A stretch of DNA of 64,000 nucleotides from the human T2T-CHM13v2.0 reference genome, Homo sapiens. Positions 38,557 through 54,912 of the stretch are shown in pieces. Location of the stretch: the NCBI RefSeq assembly GCF_009914755.1, contig NC_060939.1; one strand, 5' to 3'. The notes beneath the pieces are model-generated. The model did not search any database. It had not been told where the DNA came from and saw nothing but the letters and a program-made list of their open reading frames with translations. Every line of letters begins with the position of its first letter. Within the stretch, counting starts at the first letter, position 1. Both the position numbers and the translations under genes were made by a program.

Positions 38557-38862
38557 TTTTTTTTTTTTTTTTTGAGACAGGGTCTCACTCTGTCACCCAG
38601 GCTGCAGTACAGTGGCATGATCTCAGCTCACTACAACCTCTGCCTCCTGGGCTCAAGTGATCCTCCCGCCTCAGCCTACTGAGTAGCTGGGACTATAGGC
38701 ACACGCCACTGCACCTGCACCCGGGTAATTTTTTTATTTTTTGTAGAGATGGGGTCTCCCTATGTTACCCAGTCTGGTCTCAAACTCCTGGGTTCAAGCG
38801 ATCTTTCCACTTCAGCCTACTAAAGTGCTGGCATTACAGGAGTGAACCACCGTGCCAGGCCC
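38557..38862 (-). mobile_element. AluJ
   Basis: Antisense Alu; TSD cca(g/t)tgataa. Confidence 0.92.
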
Positions 38863-39344
38863 ATTGATAAATTCTTAGTTCTCTCTTGGACCTCACTGCA
38901 CCTTTCTAAAACACAACTTTTTTTGAGATATCATTTACATATAATAAAGTGTACATATTCAAAGTGTATGAATTAGTAAGTTTTGACATATGCATACACT
39001 CATGAAACCATCATGGTCATCAAGGTAGTGACGCTATCCTTTACCTCCAAAAGTTTCTTCATGCCCATTTGCAACCCCTCTCTTCTGCCTTTCATACCTG
39101 TGTTCCCCCCAATTCTCACACCTGAGTATTAATAGCAATACCTAATAGTAGTAGTAATTAATAGCATTACTCAATCTACAGATGTATTACTTATCTATTT
39201 ATAAAATTGGATCTATTTATTATATATAACTTATGTTTTATTATATGCAATCCATATATTATAATCTATTTATTATATAAGGATTATATATTATCAATTA
39301 CTATTAATAGTAATAGTAATTAATAGTGATACCCAATCTACAGA

Positions 39345-39722
39345 TGTATTACTTATCTATTGCTGTACAAAAAATAACCCCAAAATTCATCAGCTGAAAA
39401 CTGCAAATGTTTATCATCTCTCATCTTCTGTGGGCCAGGAGTGTGGGGCGCAACTTACCTGGGTGACTCTGCCTCAGGGTCTCTCCCAAGGTTGTAACCA
39501 CGGGATCCGCCAGGGCTGTGATTTCATTTTATAGGCAAGACAGAAGTCACCACCTCTTTGAAACCTAATCTCAAAAGCGACATCTCATCATTTTTGCCAT
39601 ATTCTGTTCATTAGAAGTGGGTCACAAGGTCCCGCCCACTCTCAAGGGGAAGGAGTTACACAAGGGTGTGAGTGCCAGGGGGTGGGTATTGCAGGGAGAC
39701 GTTTTAGAGGTTGCCTACCACA
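39345..39722 (-). mobile_element. MaLR LTR (MLT1F-like), internally deleted
   Basis: tgtattacttatctattgctg...gcctaccaca; TSD acaga/acagg. Confidence 0.75.
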
Positions 39723-41807
39723 ACAGGCAACTATTGATCTGCTTTCTGTTACTATAGATTAATGTGCATTTTTTGTTTTAAGTAAGTGGAATCATACAGG
39801 ATGTAGTCTTTTTTGTCTATCTTCTTACACTCGGCATAATTATTTTGAGATTAATTTATGCTGTTGCATTGATCAGTAGTTCATTCTTTCTATTGCTGAA
39901 TAGTATTTGTACGGATACACCACAATTTGTTTATTCATTCACCTGTTGATGGACATTTGAGCCACTTATTAATAGTTTTGGGCTATTACAAATAAATCTG
40001 CTGTGGACATCCATCTACAAGTCTTTGTATGGACGTATGCTTTCATTTCTCTTGGGTAAATATTTAGAAGTGGAAAGGCTAGAACATACGGTAGGTATAT
40101 ATTTACCTTTTTAATAAACTGACAAACCATTTTCCAAAGTGACTGAACCATTTTACATTCCCATCAGCAGTGCATGAGAGATTCAGTTTCTCTGTTTCCT
40201 TATCAACACTTGATACGGTCAGCCTTTTTAATTTTAGCCATTCTTGTGGCTGTGTAGCTCTATTTTGTTGTGGTTTTAATTTGCATTTCCTTAATGATTA
40301 CTGACGTTAAAAATCTTTCTGTGCTTATTTGCTATTCACATACCTTCTTTGGTAAAGTGTCTGTCTTTAGACCATTTTTAACTACGTTATTTGTTTTCCT
40401 ATTTGGTTTTGAAAATTCTCTGTATATGCTGGATACACGTCCTTTGGCAGGCACATGGTTTATAGACATTTTCTTTTGGTCTGCAGCTTGTCTTTTATTC
40501 TCTAATGGTGTCTTTCAAAGAACATTATGTTTCAATTTTGATGAAGTTCAATTTATCAATTTTTCTTTTACAGATTGTACTTTTGGTGTCACACCTAAGA
40601 AATCTTTGCCTAAGTCAAGGTCACAAAGATTTTCTTCATACTTTTTTCTAAAATTTTTTGTAGTTTTAGTGTTTACATTTAAATCTAGGGTCATTTTTAG
40701 TTAATTTTTGTAAACAGTGCAAGCTGTTGGATTGAAGTTCATTTTCCTTTGTGTGGATGGTCCAGTTGTTCCTACATCACTTGCTGAAAATATTATCTTT
40801 TCTCCATTGAATTTCCTTTGCACCATTGCCGAAAATCAGTGTGTATCTATTTCTAAATTCTATTTTTTGTTTCAGTGATCTATTTTTTGTCTTTACAGTA
40901 GTAATTATATTGATAATTGTAGCTTTAAAATAATTCTTAAGATCAGGCCGTGTTAGTCCTCCAACTTTGTTCTTTTACAAAGTTTTGCTTTTCTAGGTCT
41001 TTTGTGTTTCAACACAAATTTTAGAATTAGCTTGTCAATTTCTACCAAAAAAGCCTGCTGGAATTTTCATTGGGATTGCATGGAACCTACACATAAATTT
41101 GGGGAGAACAAACATCTTGAGTCTTTCAACCCATGAACATGATATATCTCTCCATTTATTTAGGTTGTCATTGGTTTTTCTCAGCAATATTTTACATTTT
41201 TCAGTGTTCAGATCTTTCATATCTTTCTCCTAAGTATTCCATATTTATTTATGCTATTGTAAATGGTGTTTTAAAAATTTCAACTTCTGATTGTTCATTG
41301 CTGGTATTTAGAAGTAGAATTGATTTTTACATATTGATCTTGTGTCCTTCAACTATGCTAACTTACTTAAGAATTCTAGTAGCTATTTTTGTAAATTCCA
41401 TCACATTTTCTACATAGGGGATCATGTCACCTGCCAATAAAGACTGGTGCCTTTTTTCTTTTCCTTGGATAAACTCCACTTGGTCATGATGTATTATCCT
41501 TTCTTACTTATTGTTGAATTTGATTTGCTAAAATTTTGTTTAGAACTTCTGCATTTATATTCATGAGGAATATTGGTCTATCTTTTTTTTTTCTTCTGAT
41601 GTCTTTGTCTGGTTTTGGTATCAGGGTAATGCTAGTCTCATGGAATAAGTTGGGAAATATGCCCTGCTCTTCAATGTTTTGAAAGAGTTTGTGCAGAATT
41701 GATAATGTTTCTCCTTAATCTCTGGCATAATGTTTGAAGGAAATTTTCCTCCTATAATGTTTGGTGAAACCACCTGGGCTGGAGTTTTCTTTGTGTGACT
41801 TTTAAAT

Positions 41808-42120
41808 TTTTTAGTTAAATTTAATTTTTTCAGAGACAGGGTCTTGCTCTGTCACCTAGGGTGGAGTGCAGTGGTGCAATCATAGCTCACTGTAACGTTG
41901 AATCCTAACTCCTGGGCTCAAGTGATCCTCCTGCCTCAGCCTCTTGAGTAGCTAGGACTACAGGTCCATGCCACCACAACTGGCTAATTTTTAAATTTTT
42001 TGTAGAGAAGGGGTCTTGCTATGTTGCCCAGGCAGGTCTCAAACTCCTGGTCTTAAGCGATCTTCCTACCTCGACCTACCACAGTGCTGGGATTACAGGC
42101 ATGAGCTGCTGTGGCCAGCC
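41808..42120 (-). mobile_element. AluJ
   Basis: Antisense Alu with AluJ diagnostics. Confidence 0.92.
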
Positions 42121-42527
42121 TTTTTGTGTGAATTTTTAATTAACGAATTAAATTTCTTTAATAGATATATGGCTATTCAGATTATCTATTATTCTTGAGC
42201 GAGTTTTGGTAATTTGTGTCTTTTAAATAATTTGTTCATTTTTATCTAAGGTGTCATAATATTAATTTGTTCATAATACTCCCTTATTATCCTTGCTTTA
42301 TCTGTAGAATCTGTAGTGATATCATCTCTCTCATTCCCAATATTGGCAATTTTTGTCCTTTTTCTTTTTTTCCTTAGAAGCCCAGCTAGAGGTTTATCAG
42401 TTTTATTATCTTCTCAAGAAAATCGCTTTTGCTTTCATTGATTTTTTTCTATTGCTTTCCATTTTCTGTTTCATCCGTTGGCCTTCTGATTTTTATTTTT
42501 TTCTTTCTTCTGCCTACTTTGCATTTT

Positions 42528-43306
42528 TTTTATTATTATACTTTAAGTTCTAGGGTACATGCGCACAAGGTGCTGGTTTGTTACATAGGTATACATGTGC
42601 CATGCTGGTTTGCTGCACCCATCAACTGGTCATTTACATTAGGTATTTCTCTTAATGCTATCCTTCCCCCAGCGCCCCCGCTCCCCAACAGGCCCCGGTG
42701 TGTGATGTTCCCCACCCTGTGTCCAAGTGTTCTCATTGTTCAATTCCCACCTATAAGTGAGAACATGCGGTGTTTGGTTTTCTATCCTTGTGATAGTCTG
42801 CTGAGAATGATGGTTTCCAGCTTAATCCATGTCCCTGCAAAGGACATGAACTCATCCTTTTTATGGCTGCATAGTACTCCATGGTGTATATGTGCCACAT
42901 TTTCTTAATCCAGTCTATCATTGATGGACATTTGGGTTGGTTCCAAGTCTTTGCTATTGTGAATAGTGCCACAATAAACATACATGTGCATGTGTCTTTA
43001 AGTAGCATAATTTATAATCCTTTTGGGTATATACCCAGTAATGGGATCACTGGGTCAAATGATATTTCTAGTTCTAGATCCTTGAGGAATTGTCACACTG
43101 TTTTCCACAATGGTTGAACTAATTTACACTCCCACCAACAGTGTAAAAGCTTTCCTATTTCTCCACATCCTCTCCAGCACCTGTTGTTTCCTGACTTTTT
43201 AATGATCGCCATTCTAACTGGCGTGAGATGGTATCACATTGTAGTTTTGATTTGCATTTCTCTGATGACCAGTGATCATGAGCATTTTTTCATGCATCTG
43301 TTGGCT
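42528..43306 (-). mobile_element. 5'-truncated primate L1 (L1PA7/8-like), about 780 bp
   Basis: ttattatactttaagttctagggtacatg 3' end; ORF2 C-terminus KDTCTCMFIVALFTIAKTWNQPKCP; TSD tactttgc(a/g)tttt at 42515-42527 and 43307-43319. Confidence 0.92.
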
Positions 43307-43745
43307 TACTTTGCGTTTTATAAGATCTTCTTTTTCTAGTGTCTTAAGGTGGAAGTTGTAACCATTTCTTTTTTTTTCTAAAAACTGTGGCTCTATGTCA
43401 ACCTTTCTTTTCTAATATAGGTGTTTACTGCTTAAATTTCTCTCCAAGTACTGCTTTAGCTGTAGCCACAAATTTTGGTATGTTGATATGTTTTCATTTT
43501 CATTCAGTTCAAAAGACTTTGATGTTCTTGGACTATCACCTCCATCTCCTCAAGCTGGGGTGTCTATCAGGCTCTGCTTGAGACCCATCCCTCTTTTGAG
43601 TCTGGAAATTCCCTTGCAGCAGGAAGCTGGGGTAAGAAGATGGCTGACCTTATTTATTTCCTGTCTCTGAGGGAGACCTGTCTTTCATTGCTTGATGTCC
43701 AGTGCCTTGAAAACCTTGTTTCATATGGTTGTTTCATGTTGCTGA

Positions 43746-44045
<300 letters not shown>

Positions 44046-44055
44046 TCATGTGGCT

Positions 44056-44868
<813 letters not shown>

Positions 44869-45087
44869 CTCTTTCCTGCCTCTTTAGTAACCATTTTTTA
44901 ATAATAAAAAAACCTTCCATTAAAAATATGATTGTATCCTACCCCTTTTTGGATAAGTGGTAGCATACTATACACACATTTGCCATCTTACTTTATGTAC
45001 TTATATGTGTTGGAAACTCCTTTGTCATGTACAGAAATGGTTCTCATTCCTTTTTACAGCTGCATATAATTCCATTATATAGATATA

Positions 45088-45435
45088 TAGGCTGAGTGTC
45101 CCTTATCCAAGATGCTTGGGACCAGAAGTGTTTTAGATTTTGGATTTTTTTGGTGGTGTGGGGGGAGGGTTTGGAATATTTGCATATATATAACGAGATA
45201 TCTTGGGGATGGAACCCAAATCTAAGTGTGAAATTCATTTGTTTCATATACACCTTAAACACAGAGACTAAAAGTAAGTTTCTATAATATTTGTAATAAT
45301 CTTGCATGTGAAACTAAGTTTTGACTGCTTTTGACTGCATCTGTCATATGAGGTCATTTGTGGAATTTTCCACTTGTGGTGTCATGTTCATGCTCAAAAT
45401 GTTTTGGATTTTGGAGCATTTTGGATTTCAGATGT
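45088..45435. mobile_element. TcMar-Tigger relic (Tigger4/MER46-like)
   Basis: taggctgagtgtcccttatccaagatgcttgggaccagaagtgtttt matches the Tigger4 terminus; right terminus missing. Confidence 0.75.
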
Positions 45436-46476
45436 ACCATAGTTTATTCAACAATCCCCTGTTGTTGGGTGGGTCAGGGCAGGTGGCTTTTGCATTTACA
45501 AATAACTCTGTAATGAATAAGCTTGCACATGTGTTTTTTTTCTTTTTGTCATATTTGGGAGATGTTTCTAGAAGTGAGATTGCTGAGTCAAAGAGTGAAG
45601 ACAGAGAGAATTTTGCCAAATTCTTTCCATGGTGATTGTACAACAATTTTGCATTCCTGCCACCAAAGTATGAGAGTGTCTATTCTCCAGAGCTTCATTA
45701 ACAGAATTATGTTGTCAAAGCTTTGAATTTTTACCAGGAATAGGTGAGTATGAGATCTCAGTTTTCATTTGCATTTCTCTTATTAAGAGCAAGGTTGAGC
45801 ATCTTTTCATATGGTCAAGAGCCATTTGCATTTCTTTTCTGTTAATGGTCTGTTCATCTGACTTGCCTATTTTTCTATCTAGTTGAGGTCTTTTCTATTT
45901 TAGGACGTTTGTTAAAATATCGGGAATATTAACTCCTTGTATTAGAAGTTGAAACTATTTTTCCCCAGTGTATTGGTTCAGATTTTTTCCCTAATGCAAG
46001 AAGTCCAGAGGTGGGGACTGTCCACATTGGCTCCGTGGTCCCCTGTGTCAGGGCCAGCTTTTCTGAGATTCTCCAGGCATCTCCCCAACAGTCACGTTAT
46101 GACTATGTCAAAGGCAAGTAGGACCAGGAAGGGATGGCTCCAGAGATACTTGTCTCTTATTAGGAAGGCAAAACTTTCTCAGAAGCCCCAACAGATTTGC
46201 ATTCAGATTTAATTGGCCAGAACTATGTTATAGGCCTCTCACCTCCAGCTTCAGGGAAAGCTGGGAAAGAAAATATTTCATCTTCCCAGTCTCTGGAGTG
46301 GAGGTGGGCAAGGCAAAGGAGATTAGAATGCATGTTGAGTTATCCAACCAACTACCACAGACAAGAGGGGTGAGTTTACATTAAATAGAAGACCTATCTT
46401 TTCTCCTGTTCTGTGACATGTCTGCAAATCCACAGTAAATCAGTAGTTGGGCTTACAACTCCAAAATGGAATTCAG

Positions 46477-46789
46477 TTTGTTTGATTGTTTGTTTTTGAG
46501 ATGGGGTCTCACTCTGTTGCCCAGGCTGGAGTGTGTTCACAGTTTACTGCAGCCTCTACCTCCTGGGGTCGAGATCCTCCTGCCTCAGCCTCCTGAGTAG
46601 CTGGGACCACAGGTACGTGCCACCATGCCTGGCTAATTTTTGCTTTTTTTTTTTTTTTTTTTTTTTTTTTTGGAGAGACTGGGTTTTGCCATGTTGCCCA
46701 GGCTGATCATGAACTTCTGGGCTCAAGCAACCCTCCTGCCTCGGCCTCTCAAAGTGCTGGGATGACAGGCGTGAGCCACTGTGCCTGGC
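46477..46789 (-). mobile_element. AluJ
   Basis: Antisense Alu with small deletions; TSD tggaattcagt. Confidence 0.92.
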
Positions 46790-47859
46790 TGGAATTCAGT
46801 CTTGGATGCCTCTGTAGAGGTTTCGTGTCCTTCCTTCTGAAGCAAGGAAGGTGAGATGACATCTAGAGACCGGTGTTTCCCCGTAGGAGCCTATTTGTAA
46901 GGAGTACTGCTAAATGGGATCATGTCCAGAGGCAAGTCACCAGGGCAGGGGAGCAAGGACCTTAGGAACCCTGCCCTGCCAGGAAAAGCCTGAAGATTCA
47001 GAGATGTCATCTTAGCGAAGATGTGGAAGAGAGCAAGACATGCCTCACTGAAAACCCAGAGGACTGGCATGTGGAAAAAATCAGATTTGATCTGTAGTAA
47101 CAGTTGGTGCATGTTACAGTGAGGCGGATTCCAATTCATTTTAAACAGTAGTTTTTACTAATTCGGGATGGGTTGCTTTGTGAGGCCGTGAGCTTCCTAC
47201 CCTCTGTGTGATCAGTCTTGCCACTCTCATGGCTTTATCCTTCATTACTCTCTGGTTTTATCCTCCACCTCTATGTCAGTGATTCTCTAACCTGTGTCTC
47301 TCCTCCAGAACTCTCCCCTGACCCCTGTCTTCTTCAACCCACCACAAAGCCCTTTCTTATTCTGAGTTGGATCAGTCAGGGTCTCACCAGGAAATGGAAA
47401 CCTCTTGAATATTTAAAAACAGAGGGACTTTAATGCAGGGAATTTGTTAAACAGGTAATAGTCAGTCGCCCAGCCTAGAAGTTAAACAGAGGACAGTGAG
47501 ACAATTCAAAGTAACAGCAGCAGGAAGCACTGTCACCCCCAGGCTGCAGGGTCACCCAGCAAGAGCTGGAACCACAGTGGGCTTGTCGGGGCAGCATCTA
47601 TAGGAATGGAAAACACACAGCAACTGTCCGAGATTCTCTTAAAGCAGAGGCAGAGTGAGAAAGAGCCCAGCACCCAATTTCCTGCCAATGCTCCCCAGTG
47701 GCCAAACAAAATAAAAAACCAGATGATAGAGAAACCTGAGAAATGCAGCCCTGCAGAGCACAAGAAAGGTGAAGGAGAATGGGCTGAGCACAGATACACA
47801 AGGCAAGAAGGGGTGGAAGGTCTCCTAGATTTTCTGGGGTCTGTGGGCAGGGCTGGGAC

Positions 47860-48630
<771 letters not shown>

Positions 48631-48888
48631 GGGGGATCTGGGTAGATGACCGAGCATGTCTGCCAGAGAGTGTGCAGGTGGGAGGGGATGGTGGACCTTT
48701 CCCATAGACATGCACATGGTAAAGCGGGAGGTAGAAAGCAATACACAACCTCAGAGAGAGACAGATAAAGTGCCACGGGTGGGGGTGCTGTATGGGAAGG
48801 AGAGGTTTCCTCTCCGCTCTGGTTTGTGATGGCAATTTTGCTGTAGTGACTGTCGTAGATGTAGAAGTACCCTTAAGATGCTGCACAA

Positions 48889-49096
48889 GGGCCAGGCATG
48901 GTGGCTCACACCCGTAATCCTCGCTTTCTGGGAAGCCAAGGCAGGCAGATCGCTTGAGCCCAGGAGTTAGAGGCCAGCCTGGGCAACCTGGTGAAACCCC
49001 ACCTCTACAAAAAAAAATACAAAAAAGTAGTCATGTGTGGTGATGTGTGCCCATAGTCCCAGTTACTCGGGAGGCTGAGATGGGAGGAAATCACCT
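48889..49096 (+). mobile_element. AluJ, 3'-truncated
   Basis: Left arm, linker and about 70 nt of right arm; no tail and no second TSD copy. Confidence 0.9.
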
Positions 49097-50094
49097 CCTC
49101 TGATCACTGACTGGGTTCTTAAAGCCCTGGGGACTTTGGACTACGCACGTTGTGTCCTTTGTTGTTGTCTCCTGGCTCTGGGGCCATGTTCCTTGTGCTC
49201 TAACTTTGCTTCTCACACCATGGCAACGGAATCTGGTGCCTTCTCAGGCTGTCTGGGGTTGACCCTGCAGACCCCTGGTGTCTGTCTCTGCCTAGTCCCC
49301 AGGTCATTCTGAGTGCAACTCCGGCCACCTTTTCTTTTCCAAATGGTCTGGAACTCCCCCCTTCATATAACAGGGGGCTCTCTGTTCTCTCTCTTTAAGA
49401 AGCTAATTTCTAAATATAATCCTGCTGTATTATGGGTAGATGCAGCGATACAGTTAATGAGTCTCTAATGTAGACAATTATAACCTAGAATACAGCTTGG
49501 CTTGGTTCTCTACCACTCACGTGCACAGACAGTTGCAGTAACACATACCCACTCACAATTATAATCTTGTTCTCTGAGAAAATACCATACCCAGGCCTCA
49601 CAGGCAGCAGACCCAGAGTTGTGCACCTGCACACACACACACAGGCACACAAACACTCAGGGGCCCTTACACACTCAGAAACATCCACTGTAGTAGAAGC
49701 GAGGACCTGCCACTGTACCTGCGAGAGAGGCAGAGGAGGTAGCTGTGTTTATAGCAGGCGGTCCTGCCTCTGCTCCCACCAGCCACCTCTAATTGGACCA
49801 GATGGTTACTTGCCCTTGGTTCCATAAGCACCAGTACTTTTAGGAATTCTTTGGTGGCAGAAGCAGAAACCAACTTAGAGTTTCTTAGGAATCAGAGGTA
49901 TCCACAGAACACAAGGGCAGAAATGATGGAAGGGTCTTACGTGGGACTTTAACTGAAAACTGGAAGCCGCCTTCAGCCGAGGCAGTTAGTTTCTCTCTCT
50001 CTCTCTTTTTTTAAATCATTCTGGGGCAGCAAGGTCTTCCATCTGTCATCTGCTTCTCTTTTTTCTTTCTCTCTTCTGTCTTGCTAAAATACCT

Positions 50095-50228
50095 ACATTC
50101 AAATCACTTGAAGCATTTATTAAAAATTTAGAGCCCTGAATCTCTGGGGATGAAGCCAAAGAAACTCCACTTTTAACAAATGCCCTAGGTGATCCTTCAA
50201 CATGCAAAAGTTTGAGAACCACTGTGCT
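50095..50228. mobile_element. MER5-like
   Basis: gaatctctgggg...ttttaacaaatgccctaggtgat...aagtttgagaaccactg. Confidence 0.6.
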
Positions 50229-51220
50229 AAGGAGGTACATAATTCAAACATTGACACGTGCCTTCGAGACATGCCCTCCTAGTCACAGCACCACCAACTA
50301 ACTAATTTGCATGTCTGTGTCCCAGTTTCAAATTTCTGGGAGTCAGAAGCCAACTGAATCAGCATGGGTTGGATGTCCTGGTCCAGTGAGCTGTGGGTGT
50401 TAGTGAGGGGAGTGGTTTGGTCCCATTGGAAGGTGTAGACGCTGACAGAGTAGGGACATTGCCCAACTTGTCTGTTACAGTGAGATATTCCCAATTCCTC
50501 ATAACAAATTCTCTTTTACAGAAGTTGGTTTGGGTGGGCTTTTTGTAGTCAAATGACTGCTGAGGCACAAATTGTCAGAAATACTCAGGCACACATTGTC
50601 ACTCACACATGCATACATACGCACACACCCATCATTCTGAGCACTGTGGAGAGGTTTGCTTGGTAATGATCTCTTTGCAGCTTAGTAAGACTATAAAGAA
50701 GGTGGGGAACCTTTATTAATTATATATCTTACATTCAATGAAACATAATATTTAATTTAAATACTTGCGGGAGGCGTCTTTGATACTTTGATTTGCTTCC
50801 CAGAACAAATGGCTTCTCTCCCTCCCTGGCCTGCTGAGTTGATCTCTCATGATGAAAGACCAACCTGGTTTGTCCCCTTCACAGGATTTTTGTCGTAGAA
50901 AATGATGAAATGCTTTCCCAACAGAGTGTAAAGCCAAGGCTGCAGTCATGTTGCCAGGCTTGACAAGGAAATGCCAGGAAAATCTATCCATTTTATGTTT
51001 TCTAGACAACAGGCTGGGGAGGTGAGGCTTATAACAGGATCCTCTGGGTTGCAGCCTGAGAGGCTGACTGCAGGAGGCAGGTGTTCCGTGCAGATGACCC
51101 CACAAGCACGGTAACGGTGGACACTACCCCCCGCTGTCCCTCACCCTACATCAGCCATGCCTCCTGATCTTGGCCACACCCTCCTTTGTGCGGGGAACTG
51201 TTGATCTCTGTGGGCTCTCA

Positions 51221-51610
<390 letters not shown>

Positions 51611-51949
51611 CTATAATGCTACAGAACCTCTTATAATACTAGAACCCTGGCAAAACAGGCTAGGAATTCTTGTTTTGACCAAAGCTTCCAGAGTTCAGAT
51701 AGCCCAAGATCTGATTGGAAGAAGGAATCTCAGAGTACTTCCTTAGCTGGGAGTTTCCAAAGCAATGCATCTGGCCGAGTCCAGGCCAGCTGGCTGAATG
51801 CATCCCTGGAATTGCCTCTCTTCCCTTCCTGAAAGACGAGAGACTTGGCACTAAATGTAGGTCAAGTTTCTATCCGAGATTCTTTTCTCTTTTTCCAAGA
51901 CAAAGTCTGGGAAGTAGCTGGGCTGGGGATGGTTTGGGACATGGAGGAG

Positions 51950-52560
<611 letters not shown>

Positions 52561-53300
52561 TAAGGGCTCACAGCAGTGGAGGAGGGGCCCGGCAGGAACT
52601 AGGAGCTCTTTGGCTTTCACAGGGCCAGGTCGCTTTGCTGGCTATTCTCTCTCCCACCTCTTCATTCTTTCCCTCTTCCAATCAAACACCCTCCAATCAT
52701 TCTGAAGCTTAAACAAACAACAATGACAAAAACAAAACCTCCTTGACCTTCCTCTACTTCTAACCACCATTTTCTCTTTACAGGCTGATGAACTCCTCTT
52801 CTCAGTTGAGCTACTCAAAAAAAGTTATCCTAATGTCTCATCCCTACCTTCCCCCCCCATCCTCTCTTCATCCCATTCCAAAGTGGGTTCCTGTCTCACT
52901 GCTCTACTGCAACTGCCCCAGCAGGGCCACTAATTACCCTCTCATTGTTGAATTCATTAGACACTTTCCATTCTCATATTTTTTGATTTCTCAGCAGCAT
53001 TGACCTGTTAATCTCTCGGTCCCTCATGATAACTTATTTTCCTTTTCTTTCATGATGACATAGTCTCTGGATTTTCCTCCATCCTCTTGCCTACTCTTTC
53101 TCCATCTTATTTTTGGGCTCTTTCTCCTCCATCCAACCTTCAAATGTTCAAGTTTTTCAGGGCCTGGCCTCAACCTCTTCCCTTCTCATTCCACACTTAC
53201 TCTCCAATCCCACCCATTTCCTTGGCTTCCATGCCTCCACATTTATGTCTCCAGCCTGCATGATCCTCCTGAGCTCCAGATCCACGTATCCGACTGTTGA

Positions 53301-53692
53301 CAGAGGAGTTGGCAAATTTTTTTCTGTTAAGGACCAGATAATAAATATTTTATGCTCAGTGTTGTCTTCTGCAACAATTCAACTCTGCCATTCTAGTGCA
53401 AATTCAACCATAGACACTAAAAGAACAAATGAGCACGGCTGTGCTCCAAAGAAATTTGTTTATGGACATTGAAATTAGAATTTTACATAATTTTCATGTG
53501 TCAGGAAATAGTGCTCATCTTTTGATTTTTTTCAACCATTAAAAATTTGAATTTTATATAATTTGAATTTTATATAATTTTCACACATCAGGAAATATTA
53601 TTCTCCTTTTGATTATTTTCAATCATTTAAAAATGTAAAAACCAGATGACAAGCCAGAAGTGACCCATGGGCTGTAGTTTGTTGTCCCTTCA
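53301..53692. mobile_element. MER58B-like hAT-Charlie with an internal duplication
   Basis: gttggcaaattttttt...aaggaccagataataaatatttta; gggctgtagtttg terminus. Confidence 0.75.
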
Positions 53693-53958
53693 TCTGTGTG
53701 TTGGTTCACTGGGATGTTTCATAGGTGTCGCACACCAGCATGGCCAAAATGTCACCCTGGACTTGCACCTCCAGATCTCAGTGTCCACAGCTACGTCAAA
53801 GACCCTTTAATACTCATAACTGCTGTGCAAGAAACTGAGAGTCACCCTTGACGGAGCCTTTTTTCTCATCCCTCCCTGGTCTCAACTTCCAATCCAAGTC
53901 CTATTGATTCTCCCTCCTAAGTAAGTATAGCAGGATAATATTGTGAACTATCTGCTAT

Positions 53959-54417
<459 letters not shown>

Positions 54418-54719
54418 TAAAAATCTTCCTTTTTGCACATATCACCTATTAATTTACTATGAAATTTAAGATTTGCTATTGTTATTGCTCATTGCCTGTC
54501 TCTCTCCTGGCTAGAATGACAGCTCTTCAAGGGCAGAGATTTTTGTCTGTTTTATTCACTGCTGTGTCCCAAGCACCTAGAACAGTGCCTGGCACATAGA
54601 AGGGGCTCAACTAACATGTGTTGAATCAATGCATGCTGCTGAGGCTTAGCTTCCTTCATGGGGAGGGAGGGCAGGATCCGCAGCGACAAAGAAGTCATTG
54701 CTATTCTTAAATGAAACTC

Positions 54720-54912
54720 TTTGAAGCTGGTTCTCGGCCCTGGCTGCAAGGCGGAATCATCAATTCTGCCCTGCAGAATTGATTAAATTGATTTATTCAT
54801 CAACTAAATCAATTGAACTTTAAGATCAATTGATCAATTAAATCAGAAGTTCTGGGAATGGAAACTTTTCAGGTCCCTACAAAAATTAAGCCAAGGTTAA
54901 GAACCACTGCTT
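54720..54912. mobile_element. MER5-like relic with an internal AT-rich expansion
   Basis: caattaaatcagaagttctggg and gccaaggttaagaaccactg are MER5 motifs. Confidence 0.5.

Larger units (their letters stand above)
38915..43520 (-). mobile_element. Old L1 (L1MB/MC-type) ORF2-3' region interrupted by MLT1, AluJ and L1PA
   Basis: The ORF track shows L1 ORF2 fossils such as KDLNTEKCKILL...KWRDISCSWV and IYPREMKAYVHTKTC. Confidence 0.85.

Noticed and set aside
42751-43008. ORF similar to the L1 ORF2 C-terminus
   Set aside because: 5'-truncated, frameshifted L1PA fragment, not a gene
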